Below are positions 1-12,529 of a stretch of 64,000 nucleotides of DNA, piece by piece. A model generated the notes under the pieces. The model saw nothing but the letters and a program-made list of their open reading frames with translations. It was not told where the DNA came from and did no database searches. The first letter of the stretch is position 1. Each line of letters starts with the position of its first letter. The position numbers were made by a program, and so were the translations under genes. This DNA is from Octopus vulgaris (Eukaryota). The DNA lies in contig OX597814.1 in NCBI GenBank assembly GCA_951406725.2, positions 59,458,001 through 59,522,000 on the forward strand, given 5' to 3'.

Positions 1-312
1 CATTGCGAATAAGCCCGCCATTTTCATAAATATGTAAAGATAAACATTCGTACATGCTACGACGAATTCTACAGTTGGCTGTCGGGTTTGTAATGTTATG
101 TTTTTTTTATATGTCTTGAGTTTGTTGCACTGATGAGCATAAAATGCATATTCTGCATTAATTGCGAAATCACAGGTGATATTTAACTAAATTCTTTTTT
201 TAAATTACTTGCTTTGAAGTTTTGCATTCGGTACAATTTGTTTATTTTAGTAGTTTTGACCGCAAGGTTCCCTCCTAGCGTGCGGTATCTATAAATAGTA
301 GTACCCTCTATA
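1..312 (+). mobile_element. 3' end (pseudo-LTR) of a PLE-type repeat carrying a hammerhead motif
   Basis: Bases 160-310 are homologous to 40081-40240. Contains the HHR at 124-187 and ends at a (TA)n tract. Confidence 0.6.
124..187 (+). ncRNA. Type I hammerhead ribozyme, canonical core
   Basis: GTTGCA-CTGATGA-[GCA..AATGCA-TATTC-TGCATT..TGC]-GAAA-TCAC-AG-GTGA-TA-TTTAAC. The sister copy at 40086-40107 has perfect palindrome TCACATGTGA and TGTAAC, which fully pairs with GTTGCA. Confidence 0.8.
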
Positions 313-378
<66 letters not shown>

Positions 379-564
379 ATCTTTATAGTAGAAAGTGAGA
401 TAGGGGTTATGAGTGTAACCCGCTATGGTATATCATTTATCGAATATAGTGCCAGTAAAGTACACAGAAAGGCTAATACATAAATGCTAAGTTTTGCAAA
501 GCAATTACTTCATTTATTGTATTATATGGCGAAGGTAAAATGCTTTACCTCAAATTCATAATAC

Positions 565-739
565 AAAATAAGAAAATGGAGGAATAGATTTCTTTCAATC
601 ATCAACTACCAGATAATACCAATTCATATAATTTATTAACTAATTATTTAGATTAAATAGATAGCTAATAAATTATATGAATTGGTATTATCTGGTAGTT
701 GATGATTGAAAGAAATCTATTCCTCCATTTTCTTATTTT
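565..739. repeat. Perfect 74-bp inverted repeat with 27-bp spacer
   Basis: 565-638 is the reverse complement of 666-739. Followed directly by TA-rich microsatellite. Confidence 0.9.
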
Positions 740-753
740 ATATATCTATATAA

Positions 754-784
<31 letters not shown>

Positions 785-872
785 TGTATACGGGTGAAAA
801 AGGAACACACGAGTTGATATATATGAAAAAAACAAGTCAAGATAGAAAATGCTAAAATAATTTTATAAAGAA

Positions 873-920
873 CATTTCATTACCGGTTTCGGTCATTTCG
901 ATACCTTTTCAACTGTAACG
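873..920 (-). ncRNA. Minimal hammerhead ribozyme, U3-A8 core variant
   Basis: Minus strand: CGTTACAG-TTGAAAA-GGT(ATCGAAATG)ACC-GAAA-CCGG-TA-ATGAAATG. The first pair of stem I is mismatched in this copy. Confidence 0.7.
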
Positions 921-1623
921 ATTAAATAATAAAATTTAGAAAAATTAAAAGAAAAGTTTTTTTTGAAGGAATATTTGTATAGTGTTCAAATATAAGTGGC
1001 ATTTTCCTTGTTTCTGCCTTTCTCTGTCTCTCTTGTTTACACTTGTAGGTTCGAGGTCGTTGTGAATTCTTGGTAGGGAAGAAGAAGAAGAAGAAGAAGA
1101 AGAAGAAGAAGAAGAAGAAGAAGAAGAAGAAGAAGAAGAAGAAGAAGAAGAAGAAGAAGAAGAAGAAGAAGAAGAAGAAGAAGAAGAAGAAGGATTATGA
1201 TGAGGAGAAGGGGGAAATTTGGGAGTGCCTTGATTGTCGTATTTTGAATGGTCTGTGGCGGTTAGCAGTTGCTGGTCAATTCATGAGAATATTTCTATTG
1301 AAAGTTTGTTTATAGAATTTGCGTAGGTGTTATACTAAAAAGAATTAGTGATAAAGTTAAGAAGTAGAAGGTGGGGCAGAAGAAGAAGAAGAAGAAGAAG
1401 AAGAAGAAGAAGAAGATGATGATAGTGATGATGATGACGATTTTGATGATGATAATGATGATTATGAAGAAGAAGAAGGAGAAAAAAGAGAAGGGAGGAT
1501 ATGAATGAGCGGAAGTAATGAGGTGTTGTATGATTTGAAGTTGGCACGTTATGGGTTATAACTGTGATTGGGGCTGATTTGTAATGGATTCTTTGGAATG
1601 TAATATTTGCGTGTGTATTTGTG

Positions 1624-3085
1624 TTATTCTAAAGCCGAGGTGTATATATCGTTTGTCGTAGACCCGTTCAGAAGTGGCCTGTATTTTGTAATAAAGAGAG
1701 TTTCTTTACTTATTCGTTGGCTCGAGGTTGTATCATCCCTGAATTGGTAGAGGGGGAAAATCCTGAAGCTTGGTGTTTTGTTGTTGGCGCAAGTATCTAT
1801 GTGTTGGCTGAATGCTATTTTTCTGTTTTCGGGAATTTTTATCTGGGATCTGTGCAGGGCCATTCTTTTACGTAAACTAATTTTTTTTGTTTGGCCTATG
1901 TACTGCTCTTGACGCCCAGAGCAGGTTAGTGTGTATATCAGGTTCTCCAAAGCACATGTGAAGTTGTTTTTCACTGTAAACCGTTGTCCCTGTTTGAAGG
2001 AGAACTCTGATCCCTCAATTAGATAATCGCATTTTTGTCTTCCATATTTTTTTACTGTCGGCTTCTGTGTTGAAGTGCGTATTCGGGCTTGTGTTAGGAG
2101 ACTTTTCATAGATTTAGGCTGTCTCTTGCTTTTTATGATCGTGTGTGTTTGGAGGATTGTGTTCATTCTGTGGTCTTTTTTATGAGGGGTATGTTTTGGA
2201 GGATAGTGCCGAAGGCTTCATTGTTGAGAGGGTTGTGTGTGGAGATGTATTGTAAGGCTTTGGGTCATAAGTTTTTCTTTGATTTGGGATGTCTGAGTTC
2301 CTGGATGTTGAGTTGAAGGGCACGTTGAATGCATATGTCAATAAGTGAAGTTGGGTAGTTCCTGGTGATGAGGGTATCTTTTAGTTCTTGTAGTCATGTG
2401 GCTCTGGTGTTTGCATTAGAAACTATAGTACATATCCTTTTTGCTAGATTGAAGGGGATATTCATTCTGGTGTGTCTGGGGTGGCATGAATTGAATGGAA
2501 GATATTGCTTAGAATCTGTAGGCTTAGAGTATATGTCTGTTTCTATTACATTATTAGCTTTCTTAATGAGGATATCGAGGAAGGGGAGTTGTTGCTGGCT
2601 ATATTTCATCGTGAACTGGATGTTTACGTCCAGCCCATTTAAAATTGCTTGGAATTCTTTGAGTTTCTCTATATTTTCATGCCAAAGAATGAAACGATCA
2701 TCTAGATGTCTCTTCCAGTTGTTTTCTATGTAGATGGAGAAAGGGCTGCCATATCTTTCTAGAACCTTACGATACAGACTGATTTCTAGATATCCCATGA
2801 CTAGGTTGGCAAAGGAGGGGCCATTCGTGTACTCATCGCAGTCCCCGATTTTTGTCGGTAGAAGTTGTCTTTGAAGGCGAAGAAGTTATTTTCCAGGATG
2901 AATTTAACCCCTTCTATCACGAATTCTTTTTTGATGCGATGTGAGAGTTCGTTGGCGTGATTCTCTAGCCAGAATTGAATTGCCTCTATTCCTAGGTTGT
3001 GGGGGGTATTGGAGTAGAGGTTGACTACATCGAAGGATACTAGTAGGGTGTTTTTGTTTATAGTATTAGGTAGAATATATTTCAT
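1624..3085 (-). pseudogene. PLE reverse transcriptase + GIY-YIG endonuclease, frameshifted
   Basis: Motifs LVSFDVVNLYSN, QKSGTAMST, RHLDD, LPFLDILI, YSKPTD, LIYTLTC..QYIGQT and FITKYRPLLN across ORFs 2801-3085, 2394-2798 and 1624-2166. Confidence 0.92.
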
Positions 3086-3302
3086 TACTACAAATAAATT
3101 TCTTAACTAGTATTAGGTAGAATAACACAAATACACACGCAAATATTACATTCCAAAGAATCCATTACAAATCAGCCCCAATCACAGCTATAACCCATAA
3201 CGTGCCAACTTCAAGTCATACAACACCTCATTACTTCCGCTCATTCATATTCTCCCTTCTCTTTTTTTCTTCTTCTTCCTCTTCTTCATCATCATCATTA
3301 TC

Positions 3303-3334
<32 letters not shown>

Positions 3335-3794
3335 CATCATCTTCTTCTTCTTCTTCTTCTTCTTCTTCTTCTTCTTCTTCTTCTGCTCCACCTTCTACTT
3401 CTTAACTTTATCACTAATGCTTTTTAGTATAACACCTACGCAAATTCTATAAACAAACCTTTCAATAGAAATATTCTCATGAATTGAACAGCAACTGCTA
3501 ACCGCCACTGACTATTCAAAATACGACAATCAAGGCACTCCCAAATTTCCCCCCTTCTCCTCATCATAATCCTTCTTCTTCTTCTTCTTCTTCTTCTTCT
3601 TCTTCTTCTTCTTCTTCTTCTTCTTCTTCTTCTTCTTCCCTACCAAGAATTCACAACGACCTCGAACCCACAAGTGTAAACAAGAGAGACAGAGAAAGGC
3701 AGAAACAAGGAAAATGCCACTTATATTTGAACACTATACAAATATTCCTTCAAAAAAATTTTTCCTTTAATTTTTCTAAATTTAATTATTTTAT

Positions 3795-3842
3795 CGTTAC
3801 AGTTGAAAAGGTATCGAAATGACCGAAACCGGTAATGAAATG
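3795..3842 (+). ncRNA. Minimal hammerhead ribozyme, U3-A8 core variant (inverted-arm copy)
   Basis: Same sequence as 873-920, on the opposite strand. Confidence 0.7.
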
Positions 3843-3888
3843 TTCCTTATAAAATTATTTTAGCATTTTCTATCTTGACTTGTTTTTT

Positions 3889-3970
<82 letters not shown>

Positions 3971-4548
3971 ATATTTATACATATATATATATATATATAA
4001 AGGTCGGTTCTTTACAGCTGTTTCTTTCACGTTTTTAATAGAATGAGTACATTGCATCTTTGCAACAATGTAATGTACTCATTTTTCAACTACAAATGCC
4101 TAAGAAACAGTTGTAATGAGTTGACATTTCATCCATCGTCTATTGTTATTCATTTGCTTATAATATGCCAAAGGATTTCGCCACACATCGGACACCGAAG
4201 AGTATACCAAACAATGTTTAATCAACACAACGCTTGCTTTGGGCCAGCTCCTATGCGCTAAATACTCGTAGGGGAGGTTTTCTCTGTGTGCACAACCTGA
4301 ACATTCTACTGGACACTTTAACAATCATAGGTGGTGACAACAGGATAATTCAATCCTACTTGGTGCTTATTATTTAAATACACGATTCTTATTTAACCTT
4401 TATTCTATAATTGCCTACGCAGGCTACTAGCTCCGAGATTCCGAGTTCAATTCTAGGCAGTGCTGTGAATAAATAATGATAACATAAGTTAAAAAGATAA
4501 AAGCCATAGGAATGAGAGCACATGCTCGAGTTCAAATTTCTATCAGGA

Positions 4549-4590
4549 CACCTGATGATGGCTGAAGAGTAAATGACCCGAAACCTTGTG
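4549..4590 (+). ncRNA. Decayed hammerhead motif in a PLE-type terminal fragment
   Basis: CAC-CTGATGA-TGGCTGAAGAGTAAATGACCC-GAAA-CC-TT-GTG. Core and 3-bp stem I are present, while stems II and III are damaged. Confidence 0.45.
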
Positions 4591-4702
4591 ATAATAACAA
4601 AAAAAAATGAGGACATATATCCGTCCAATGTAGTTAATCCAAACAATGGACAGAATTTCTCATCACTAAAATATAGAACAATATTAGCTCCGTCTTCGCT
4701 GA

Positions 4703-5071
4703 GGCATGCCGCCGGTTACGACGACGAGTGTTCCAGTTGATCCGGTCAACGGAACAGTCTACTCGTGAAATAAACGTGCAAGTGGCTGAGCACTCAACAG
4801 ACATGTGTACCATTAAAGAAGTTCTCGAGAATATTCAGCGTAATAAGGCTGGACATTTGAAATGCAAGTAGAACAGAAACAGGAAGAAAGAATGAGAGAA
4901 AGTTGGGATGAAAGAGTACAGCAGCGTTCACCACCCCAGCCCTGCCACAGTCTCGTGGAGCTTTTAGGTGTTTTTTGCTCAATAAACATTCACAACGCTC
5001 GTTCTGGAAATCTTAACCATGATCCTACGACCGCGAGTCCGCTGCCCTAACCACTGGGCCATTGCGTCTCC
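4703..5071 (-). mobile_element. tRNA-derived SINE
   Basis: Minus-strand head GGAGACGCAATGGCCCAGTGGTTAGGGCAGCGG with an A-box-like motif, followed by a ~300-bp non-coding body. Confidence 0.7.
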
Positions 5072-5778
5072 ACTATATTAGATTAGTATCAAACTCTATA
5101 TTGATTTTTTCCACCCGATATCCATGCAGTGTATGCAGTTGGCACGATCCAACTTATTAAGACATGTATTTTATATAAAAATACTTTCCATATACTTCCG
5201 AAGTGCAGATTCCGATGATAGACGAGTCAAATTTTAGGAAAAATGATGTATAAATGTCAATTCAATGCGGCAGTTTTGAGCAACTCCTTTAATTGATCAA
5301 TGAAAGCATTACATCATTACAAAGAAAACAGTTCTCATCAGATGACCGCATTGACCCCATCCCCAAGCATAAAGGGCAAGTTAGATATTTAAACATATTC
5401 ACATCAATTGAGAGCAAATATTTACAAGGATTCTGCTCCTGAATGCTTTTGGCATTATGAACAAAGGACAGTACAGCGACAGATAATAAAAAATTAGCAT
5501 CGGCTAGAGTGGTGGCGAGGGATGAATGAGAGCATTGACCCCGTTATCTACACATCGAAGACAATAGGGAAATGTAGTCTTCAAATCATCTAAAATTAAA
5601 TATTTAGGGAGTTATAAATTAATTAGTATCATGATAGTACGTTTAACTATCTGAGAAAATGGAACTTTACATCCGGATATATCAGCACCAAACGGGTAGG
5701 TAATGGGTTGATAAATGAGAATGTCTGATGGAGGAGTGGTAATAATAGAAAAAGATGGGATGAGGAAGGCTAATAAAG

Positions 5779-7645
5779 CTTATTTTGATTGTTACCTTAA
5801 AGGGGAAGAAAAAAGGAACTGTTACAAGTAATACCTCTTAAAGGATTATTGACGGGATATAGTTTGAAGGAGTATGTTTTTACCTTAGTTTAGTGATACC
5901 ATTAAAATGTTAATGTATAGCTATATAAAGCAAGAATTGAAATATATATATATATATAACGGCATAACGTATAATTTAACATATGATAATATAAGGTTGC
6001 ATCATATAACAAATTTTAAGAAAAAAGTATAAATTACCACCAAATTTTTATGCCATAAAGCATTAAAAATATAAGGAAAAAAGAATAAGAATTCTAAAAA
6101 TAAAATGTAATATAAGAAAATATAAAAAATATTTAGGATATATATACAAAGATATGAAAATATAAAACATAAAATCTTTACTATATATAGAAAAAATTAC
6201 AATGTGTAAAAAATGAAATAATTTTATAATTCTAGGTTTACAGTACACGGTGGGATATACGAAAATGATTTACAACTGTCAAAGTATTAATAAAACATAC
6301 AAAAATTATGAAAAATATATGAAGTGTATATAAAATGTTAAGATATAAGGATATAAGATATAGGATTTATAAAATATACGAGGAAATATGAGAATATATA
6401 TCAGGGAAGAATTATACTAAAAGCTATAATACAAAATTATAAAAAAGTTATCCTGAAAGAAATTTTCTTTAAATTGTTTTTTATAAAAGTAAGCCAATAG
6501 AAGATGCTATACTAAGATATAGAAAAAGGAAATAAGGTAATATAAAATGAAAATGTAGAAATGATTATAACAGAATTTTTATATAAATAGTTATAACCAG
6601 AATATTGATTATTACTATAAGGCATAAGTATACGGGGTTATGATAGAAATAAAATTGGATTACAATTATCATCAGAAATAGCTTAAGAAAATATATTTAA
6701 AATACTACAAAGAGCAAGGATTGAGGTATGATAGTAACAGATCATAGAGGGTATATTTTATAATTAGGGGAGATTTGAAAATTAAGGACTCGTTAGATAA
6801 AAATAGGATATTTATATTAACTTTGATAGAATAGATTCGCCACTGAGATTGGGTAGGTATATACGATTACTAAGAGTTAATAGATCAAAGGAGTTAAAGA
6901 GAACTTTTTTCTTTTTTTTAGCCACAAAAAATTATATGATATAATAAATAATTATCCTCTCCTAAAGTATTAAACGATACAGGTGATTTTACGAACACAT
7001 GACAGCCCCAAATCTAATCTATTATCAATTCAGTTGTCCTTATCTTTATATTTAAAAAAATTCATTCAATTCCATACAACATAATTTACATGCATATCGG
7101 TTATTTATCTACGGTTGAGCTCTACGCACTAAATCAGAATTAAGACTGAAATCGATATTATTGTCTTTAAGTTTCCAGAGTTCCGTAGATAATGAGGTAC
7201 TATTAGCTTTATCTATATTAAATATTTTGTATTATATTTTCAAGCCTTTGTATATGTATACCCTTTATATTTGTTTATATTTTCTTTTTATATTTTATTT
7301 CTTTTTAATTGGCTATATTTTTATTTTATTACCTTATATTTTTAAAGTTTGCAGAGCATAAAAATTTGGTGTCAAGTTATAAATTTATATTTCTTTCATA
7401 AAAACAGTTATATGATGCAACCTTATGTTGTCAAGTATTAACTTATATGGTATGTCCTTAATTAGTTACATATAAATTTCATTTATAATATTTATATATC
7501 TAGATATTTACATTTTGCGTTAATGATATCAATAAACTAAGGTAAAAACTTGCTCCTTCAATTTATATCCCATCCATAATCCTTTAAGAGGTATTCCTTG
7601 TCGCAGTTTATTTTTCTTCCCTTTTCAGATGGAAATAGAAATAAG
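5779..7645. repeat. Old diverged inverted repeat with ~420-bp arms around an AT-rich core, probably PLE-derived
   Basis: ~5779-6192 matches the reverse complement of ~7207-7645, e.g. AATACCTCTTAAAGGATTAT/ATAATCCTTTAAGAGGTATT and ATAAGGTTGCATCATATAAC/GTTATATGATGCAACCTTAT. Confidence 0.75.
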
Positions 7646-7689
7646 ATAAAGTTTTAAGTGTGTCATGGTGTTTTCTTGTTTTCCGTAAC

Positions 7690-9095
7690 TCTTAGATGTC
7701 TATCATTTTTGCATGTTCTATTCCGAAAATGGGAAATCTCTACAGACAGACATTAGTAAAACATCCTTCTGATATCAAGAAAGCTATATTTCAAGTATGG
7801 GCCAAAAATTATAAAAGCCGTAAATTCGCTTTCTGAAACATGATCAAGAACTCCAATGAAGCACGGATATCCGAGAGATGGATCAACTGAACCTCTCATA
7901 TCCTCGCCAGAAAGCTACAAATTAAAACCATCCGTGATGAACCAGCAAAACAGAGAGAACTTAAGGAAAATGTGGTTCTGAGAACTTCAAAATGGAGATA
8001 GAACTCCTGAAACAATCAGAGCTCAATCCCACGAAGAAAATATTACCTCAATTGATGAAGAAATGGAGGTTGAAATCGCGAAAAAAGCTCAAGGGGAACT
8101 TTTTCACAATATCATTCCACTCTGGACACAGAACTTTGAAAACGCGGAAGTAATTACACTTCGACGATGGAATAAAAAACAACAATTGGTTCAATCACTA
8201 TGATGACAAATTCAAGGAGGAAAATCATTCTTGAAAATTAACTAAAAATTATGAACTCCACGCAACCGGAAGAAAGTCGCAACCGGAACAGTACCTGAAT
8301 GCCCATCCAGCACCCAAAATAACCAATACTTTCTTCAGTATTCCAAATACTCATGAAAGACACAAAATGGGAAATTCCAATTCACCCTTCACCGCAAGAC
8401 AAAACACCTCCACTCAAAGATACAGAAACCCATCTCACCCAAAGAACCCTCCACGTCTTAGACGCAACGCCTACAGGAATAACTCTTTCGAACGGAACTA
8501 TAAGAGAAATGAAAATTCCCCACGTCCGAGACACATTCTACATAATGAAAACTTCGAACAGGACCAATCAAGAAGTAGGACCTTCTCCCTCCCAAAACAA
8601 ATCTTTCACAATGATCACTTCGTCCAAACCACAAGATATAACCATTACAACAACACCAGTCAGAACCAACCACAACGGAGAACCGGAAATAGACCAAGCA
8701 TCAACGGAAGGGAAATCAACAGGAGCACTAATTCCTTATATCAAAGCCCAAAAATCCATTTTTTAAGCAAACTGGGCCAAAACCGGGACACTCGATGACA
8801 CCAACCAAATAGGAGATCCTAAATGTGATAAATCTCTTACATAAAACCTTTCAAATCAACAAGTCAAAATTCTCACAAAAGGACTGAAATTCACCCTGAC
8901 ACCACAAAGATCGAACCTAAGTGATATACAAAATGGTATCCAGGAATACTGCAGAAAACGTCGAGAGAAGTATCGGATAAAGAAACTAATGATAACTCAA
9001 TACTTCATAATAAAGGTAACTACAGTCCGACAAAAGGAAGAAATCAAACTCTGGGTAACTTTTGTGATTTGGTATCCAATTATCCCTATAATTTA
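7690..9095 (+). pseudogene. Decayed N-terminal half of a PLE ORF
   Basis: N/Q/R-rich ORF 8367-8798, then frameshifted NVINL..KILTKGLKFTLTPQRSN..IQEYCRK. Homologous to 41273-41730. Confidence 0.75.
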
Positions 9096-9559
9096 CTTCC
9101 ACTTCAATGGAATTTTAAATTCCACAGGGGTCGATTTTGCTTTTCATCGTTACGAGGTCGGTAAATGAAGTACTAGTTGCGTACTGGGGTCGACCTAATC
9201 GACTGTACCCATCCCCCAAAATTTTAGGCCTTTTGCCTGTAGTAGAAATGATTATAATTGTTGTTGTTATTATTATTATTGTCATTATAATTATTGCTGT
9301 TGTCGAGTGAGAACAGCGTATGCATTCAAAGTGACACTTGGGTACAAAATATACGAAGCTCAATATAGCCATCATGACTACCCGTCTAATAAGGGAACAT
9401 CAAGCGCGTACATCATAATACCTACAATTTTCTTGAAGTCGAATAGCCCATCCCGATCAAAAGTTCCCTGAATAAAGTTTGTTTAAGCATGATGAATGAA
9501 ACACACCTGTCCTTATCATCATCATCATCATCATCACCATCACCATCACCATCACCACC

Positions 9560-9670
<111 letters not shown>

Positions 9671-9674
9671 GAAA

Positions 9675-10095
9675 GAGAGAGCAGTGCATGCCATCAAAGT
9701 GACACTGCGGTAAAATTTACGAAACCCAGTATACCCATTATGACGACCCGTCTGATAAGAGTAGACTAGGCACATGCGTCACAACCATATGTGTGCGACA
9801 TGTTGATCTCATATCAAGATAAACAGCACATAACCTTGAAGGTGGGGCCCAGTTAGAATTTTCTTCTGGTCGAGTAACTCATCCCGCACAAAAGGTCCTT
9901 GAATAAGGATTGTTTAAGAATGTTGAACAAATCACCCATGTTTCCAAACGTGAATTATCCAAACCGCCAAGAATTCCTTTCAACACACGGCTATGATGCT
10001 CCCCCACTACTTCTGCTCTTGGTCAGAGATGCACATATCGTCAGCCACTAAGGTACATGCTCAACTGGTTAGGGCCAAACAACTGACAAGCAAAT
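9675..10095 (-). mobile_element. SINE-like interspersed repeat with (AAT)n tail; a shorter copy lies at ~9308-9510
   Basis: The two copies share CAAAGTGACAC..ACGAA..CATCATGACTACCCGTCT and CCCTGAATAA..TTGTTTAAG. The element abuts a trinucleotide repeat. Confidence 0.6.
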
Positions 10096-10108
10096 ATTAT
10101 TATTATTA

Positions 10109-10140
<32 letters not shown>

Positions 10141-10191
10141 TAAGATATTATTGGCATTATTATTATTATTATCATTATTATTTTATTATTA

Positions 10192-10273
<82 letters not shown>

Positions 10274-10304
10274 CATTATTATTATTATTGTTATTGTTAT
10301 TGTT

Positions 10305-10383
10305 CAGGCCACTGCTTGGAATCGAACTTAGAATCTTGGAGTTAGTAGCTCGAGCTTTTACCCACTACGCCATATGTCCGTGG
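10305..10383 (-). mobile_element. Short tRNA-derived SINE (head plus (AAT)n tail)
   Basis: Minus strand TGGCGTAGTGG (A-box) ... AGTTCGATTCC (B-box), then AAT repeats. A related fragment lies at ~4415-4475 (+). Confidence 0.6.
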
Positions 10384-10399
10384 CTATCATCATCGCTAT

Positions 10400-10762
10400 T
10401 CTAGGTTCAGTCTCAAAGCGTGGCACCTTGAGCAGAAGTCTTGCACTATAACCTCGGACCAAACAAGGCCTTGTGAGTGGATTTGTTTGACGGAAGACGG
10501 TCGTGTATGTGTGTGTGTGCGTGTGTATATGTATGTACGTATGTGTAATTTTATGTGTGTTTTCGTTTGTTTCCCAACGTTGCTTAACAGGTATTGGCGT
10601 TTTTTACGTCCTTGTAACTTTATGGTTCTACAAAAGAAACCGAAAGAATAAGTACAAGGCCTAACAAAAATAAATGTTTGGATGTATTTGTTCGAGTAAA
10701 ACCCTACATGGAAATGTTCCAGCATGGCCGCTACCGAACGACTGAAACAAGTAAAAGATAAA
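10400..10762 (+). mobile_element. 5'-truncated copy of the abundant SINE family typified by 25408-25818
   Basis: Shares GCCTTGTGAGTGGATTTG, GAATAAGTAC and CCAGCATGGCCGC..GACTGAAACAAGTAAAA. Confidence 0.75.
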
Positions 10763-11522
10763 TATTGCCATTACCATCATAGCCATCATTATCCTCATCA
10801 TCATCACTCTTAAGCATTTTCACCCCACAGCAAAATGTTGATAATGCGTCCTATAGCTTCACACTCTTCTGTATGAGAACTGTATAGCTCAGCCATCACA
10901 CGGCTACAACTTATCTTATTTCTATACCGACTGCACCCACGTATTTCACTTGTTCTCCATTCACTACACTCTTTTTCTGTCTGAAGTCATTTCTTCGGCT
11001 CACGTATTCTACTCAACTAAATAAATTGTTCGATGTCCTGATTTTTTTTTCTTTTAGCATTCATATACATTAACAGTTTTCCGTCGTCTTTTTAGTGATT
11101 TATAATGTACATTTTTACATACAATTTTATGCTTTATGTTTTTATTCATCAGCCATATTTATGCTCCATATCTTTTCCCTCTCTCATAACTCATCAAATG
11201 TACACATTCAGGATTACATTCGCATTTTTAAATCGTATATTGGTTGTATTCTTCTTTCAGCGACTCTCGTCAATAAAATCGTTAGTAGAGGATTTTACAG
11301 TATTATGACTGTCTTCGCCATTTCTAAATATTTAATTTTAGTCGTCCTTAGTCGACCTCTATGTAACTTTCTTTAGCAACTTTTAGCAGTTCATAAACAT
11401 GATATTGGAAGAGGACTTAAGCATTCGCACACTGCCCTATGTGGGTACGAATGACACACCCACGCACACATATAAATATGTGTGTGTGTATGTTTGTGTG
11501 TATATATATTTATAAATATATA

Positions 11523-11581
<59 letters not shown>

Positions 11582-11758
11582 GTCTTCTGCATGTGAATTA
11601 AAAATAAAAGTGAATGCCCTTTCACACTGTTAATGCACAGCTATGCTATTCCGACATCTAACTCAGTGCTTTTGTTATTAAAATACCTTGACTATTGGAT
11701 CGTGAAAATGATTATAATCTATATACGCAAGTATTTGTGGGTTGCGTGTGTGTGTATG

Positions 11759-11854
<96 letters not shown>

Positions 11855-11856
<2 letters not shown>

Positions 11857-12385
11857 TAAACAGTAAAAATAATTACAGACATGGACAAGAACATGAAACG
11901 CCACAGAGACGACACAAGAACCACAGGACGGGACATTTGAAGCCCTCAGTCATCAGTCAAGAACCAGATCATCTTAGCAATTTCGGCTGATTAATCTTGA
12001 GATTGCTCCGATATGGCCAGCCCGCCACGGGAAATCTAAGCCAAGTGCATTAGATCCCCTGGAAGAAAGCTTCGAATGTATACAACACGAGGACGGAAAA
12101 CGAACGAAGTACACGAACAAAAATACAGAATACGTGACAACAATAAGAAAATATAAAAACGTAAAACAATAACGGTAAAAATAAAGTATAAAGAATAAAC
12201 AACAAAACAAAACCAGGACGTAGGACAAGGGTCTTTCGACAGGACGAATTGAGCATGGGGCTAGCTTATGAAGTTGTGCCTAATGGCCACAGGGAGACGA
12301 ACAAGTACGTGTTGCTTCAACGGCTGCTGGAACGAAAAGAGCGTTCACCAGCGGCTAGCGGTCACGTGAGAACAAAAGACATATA
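11855..12385 (-). mobile_element. (TA)n-anchored non-coding repeat of the 20033-21015 family
   Basis: Shares CTCAGTCATCAGTCAAGAACCAGATCATCTT..TTTCGGCTGATTAATCTTGAGATTGCTCC and GTCTTTCGACAGGACGA. Strand is inferred from the (TA)n-abutting end. Confidence 0.7.
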
Positions 12386-12529
12386 TATAGGCTTAGAAAG
12401 AAAGAACGTGTAGAAAATGAAGGAGTGTTTATGTGTGTGATTTGTGGAAGCAAATGCGAGAGTTGTGCCCACCGGATTAGCCATCAGATAACTCACAGGA
12501 AATCTACCCATTGTAAATTGCATTATGGC

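Larger units (their letters stand above)
821..3892 (-). mobile_element. 5'-truncated Penelope-like retroelement with inverted pseudo-LTRs
   Basis: Arms ~821-1631 and ~3118-3892 are reverse complements. The broken minus-strand ORF between them has RT and GIY-YIG motifs. (TA)n on both flanks. Confidence 0.92.

Noticed and set aside
4013-4024. TACAGCTGTTTC, the stem III of the 15668-type hammerhead
   Set aside because: Only the 3' half is present, with no core or stem II.
7130-7165. GAAA-TCGA-TA palindrome
   Set aside because: No CUGANGA or UUGANAA core and no stem I upstream.
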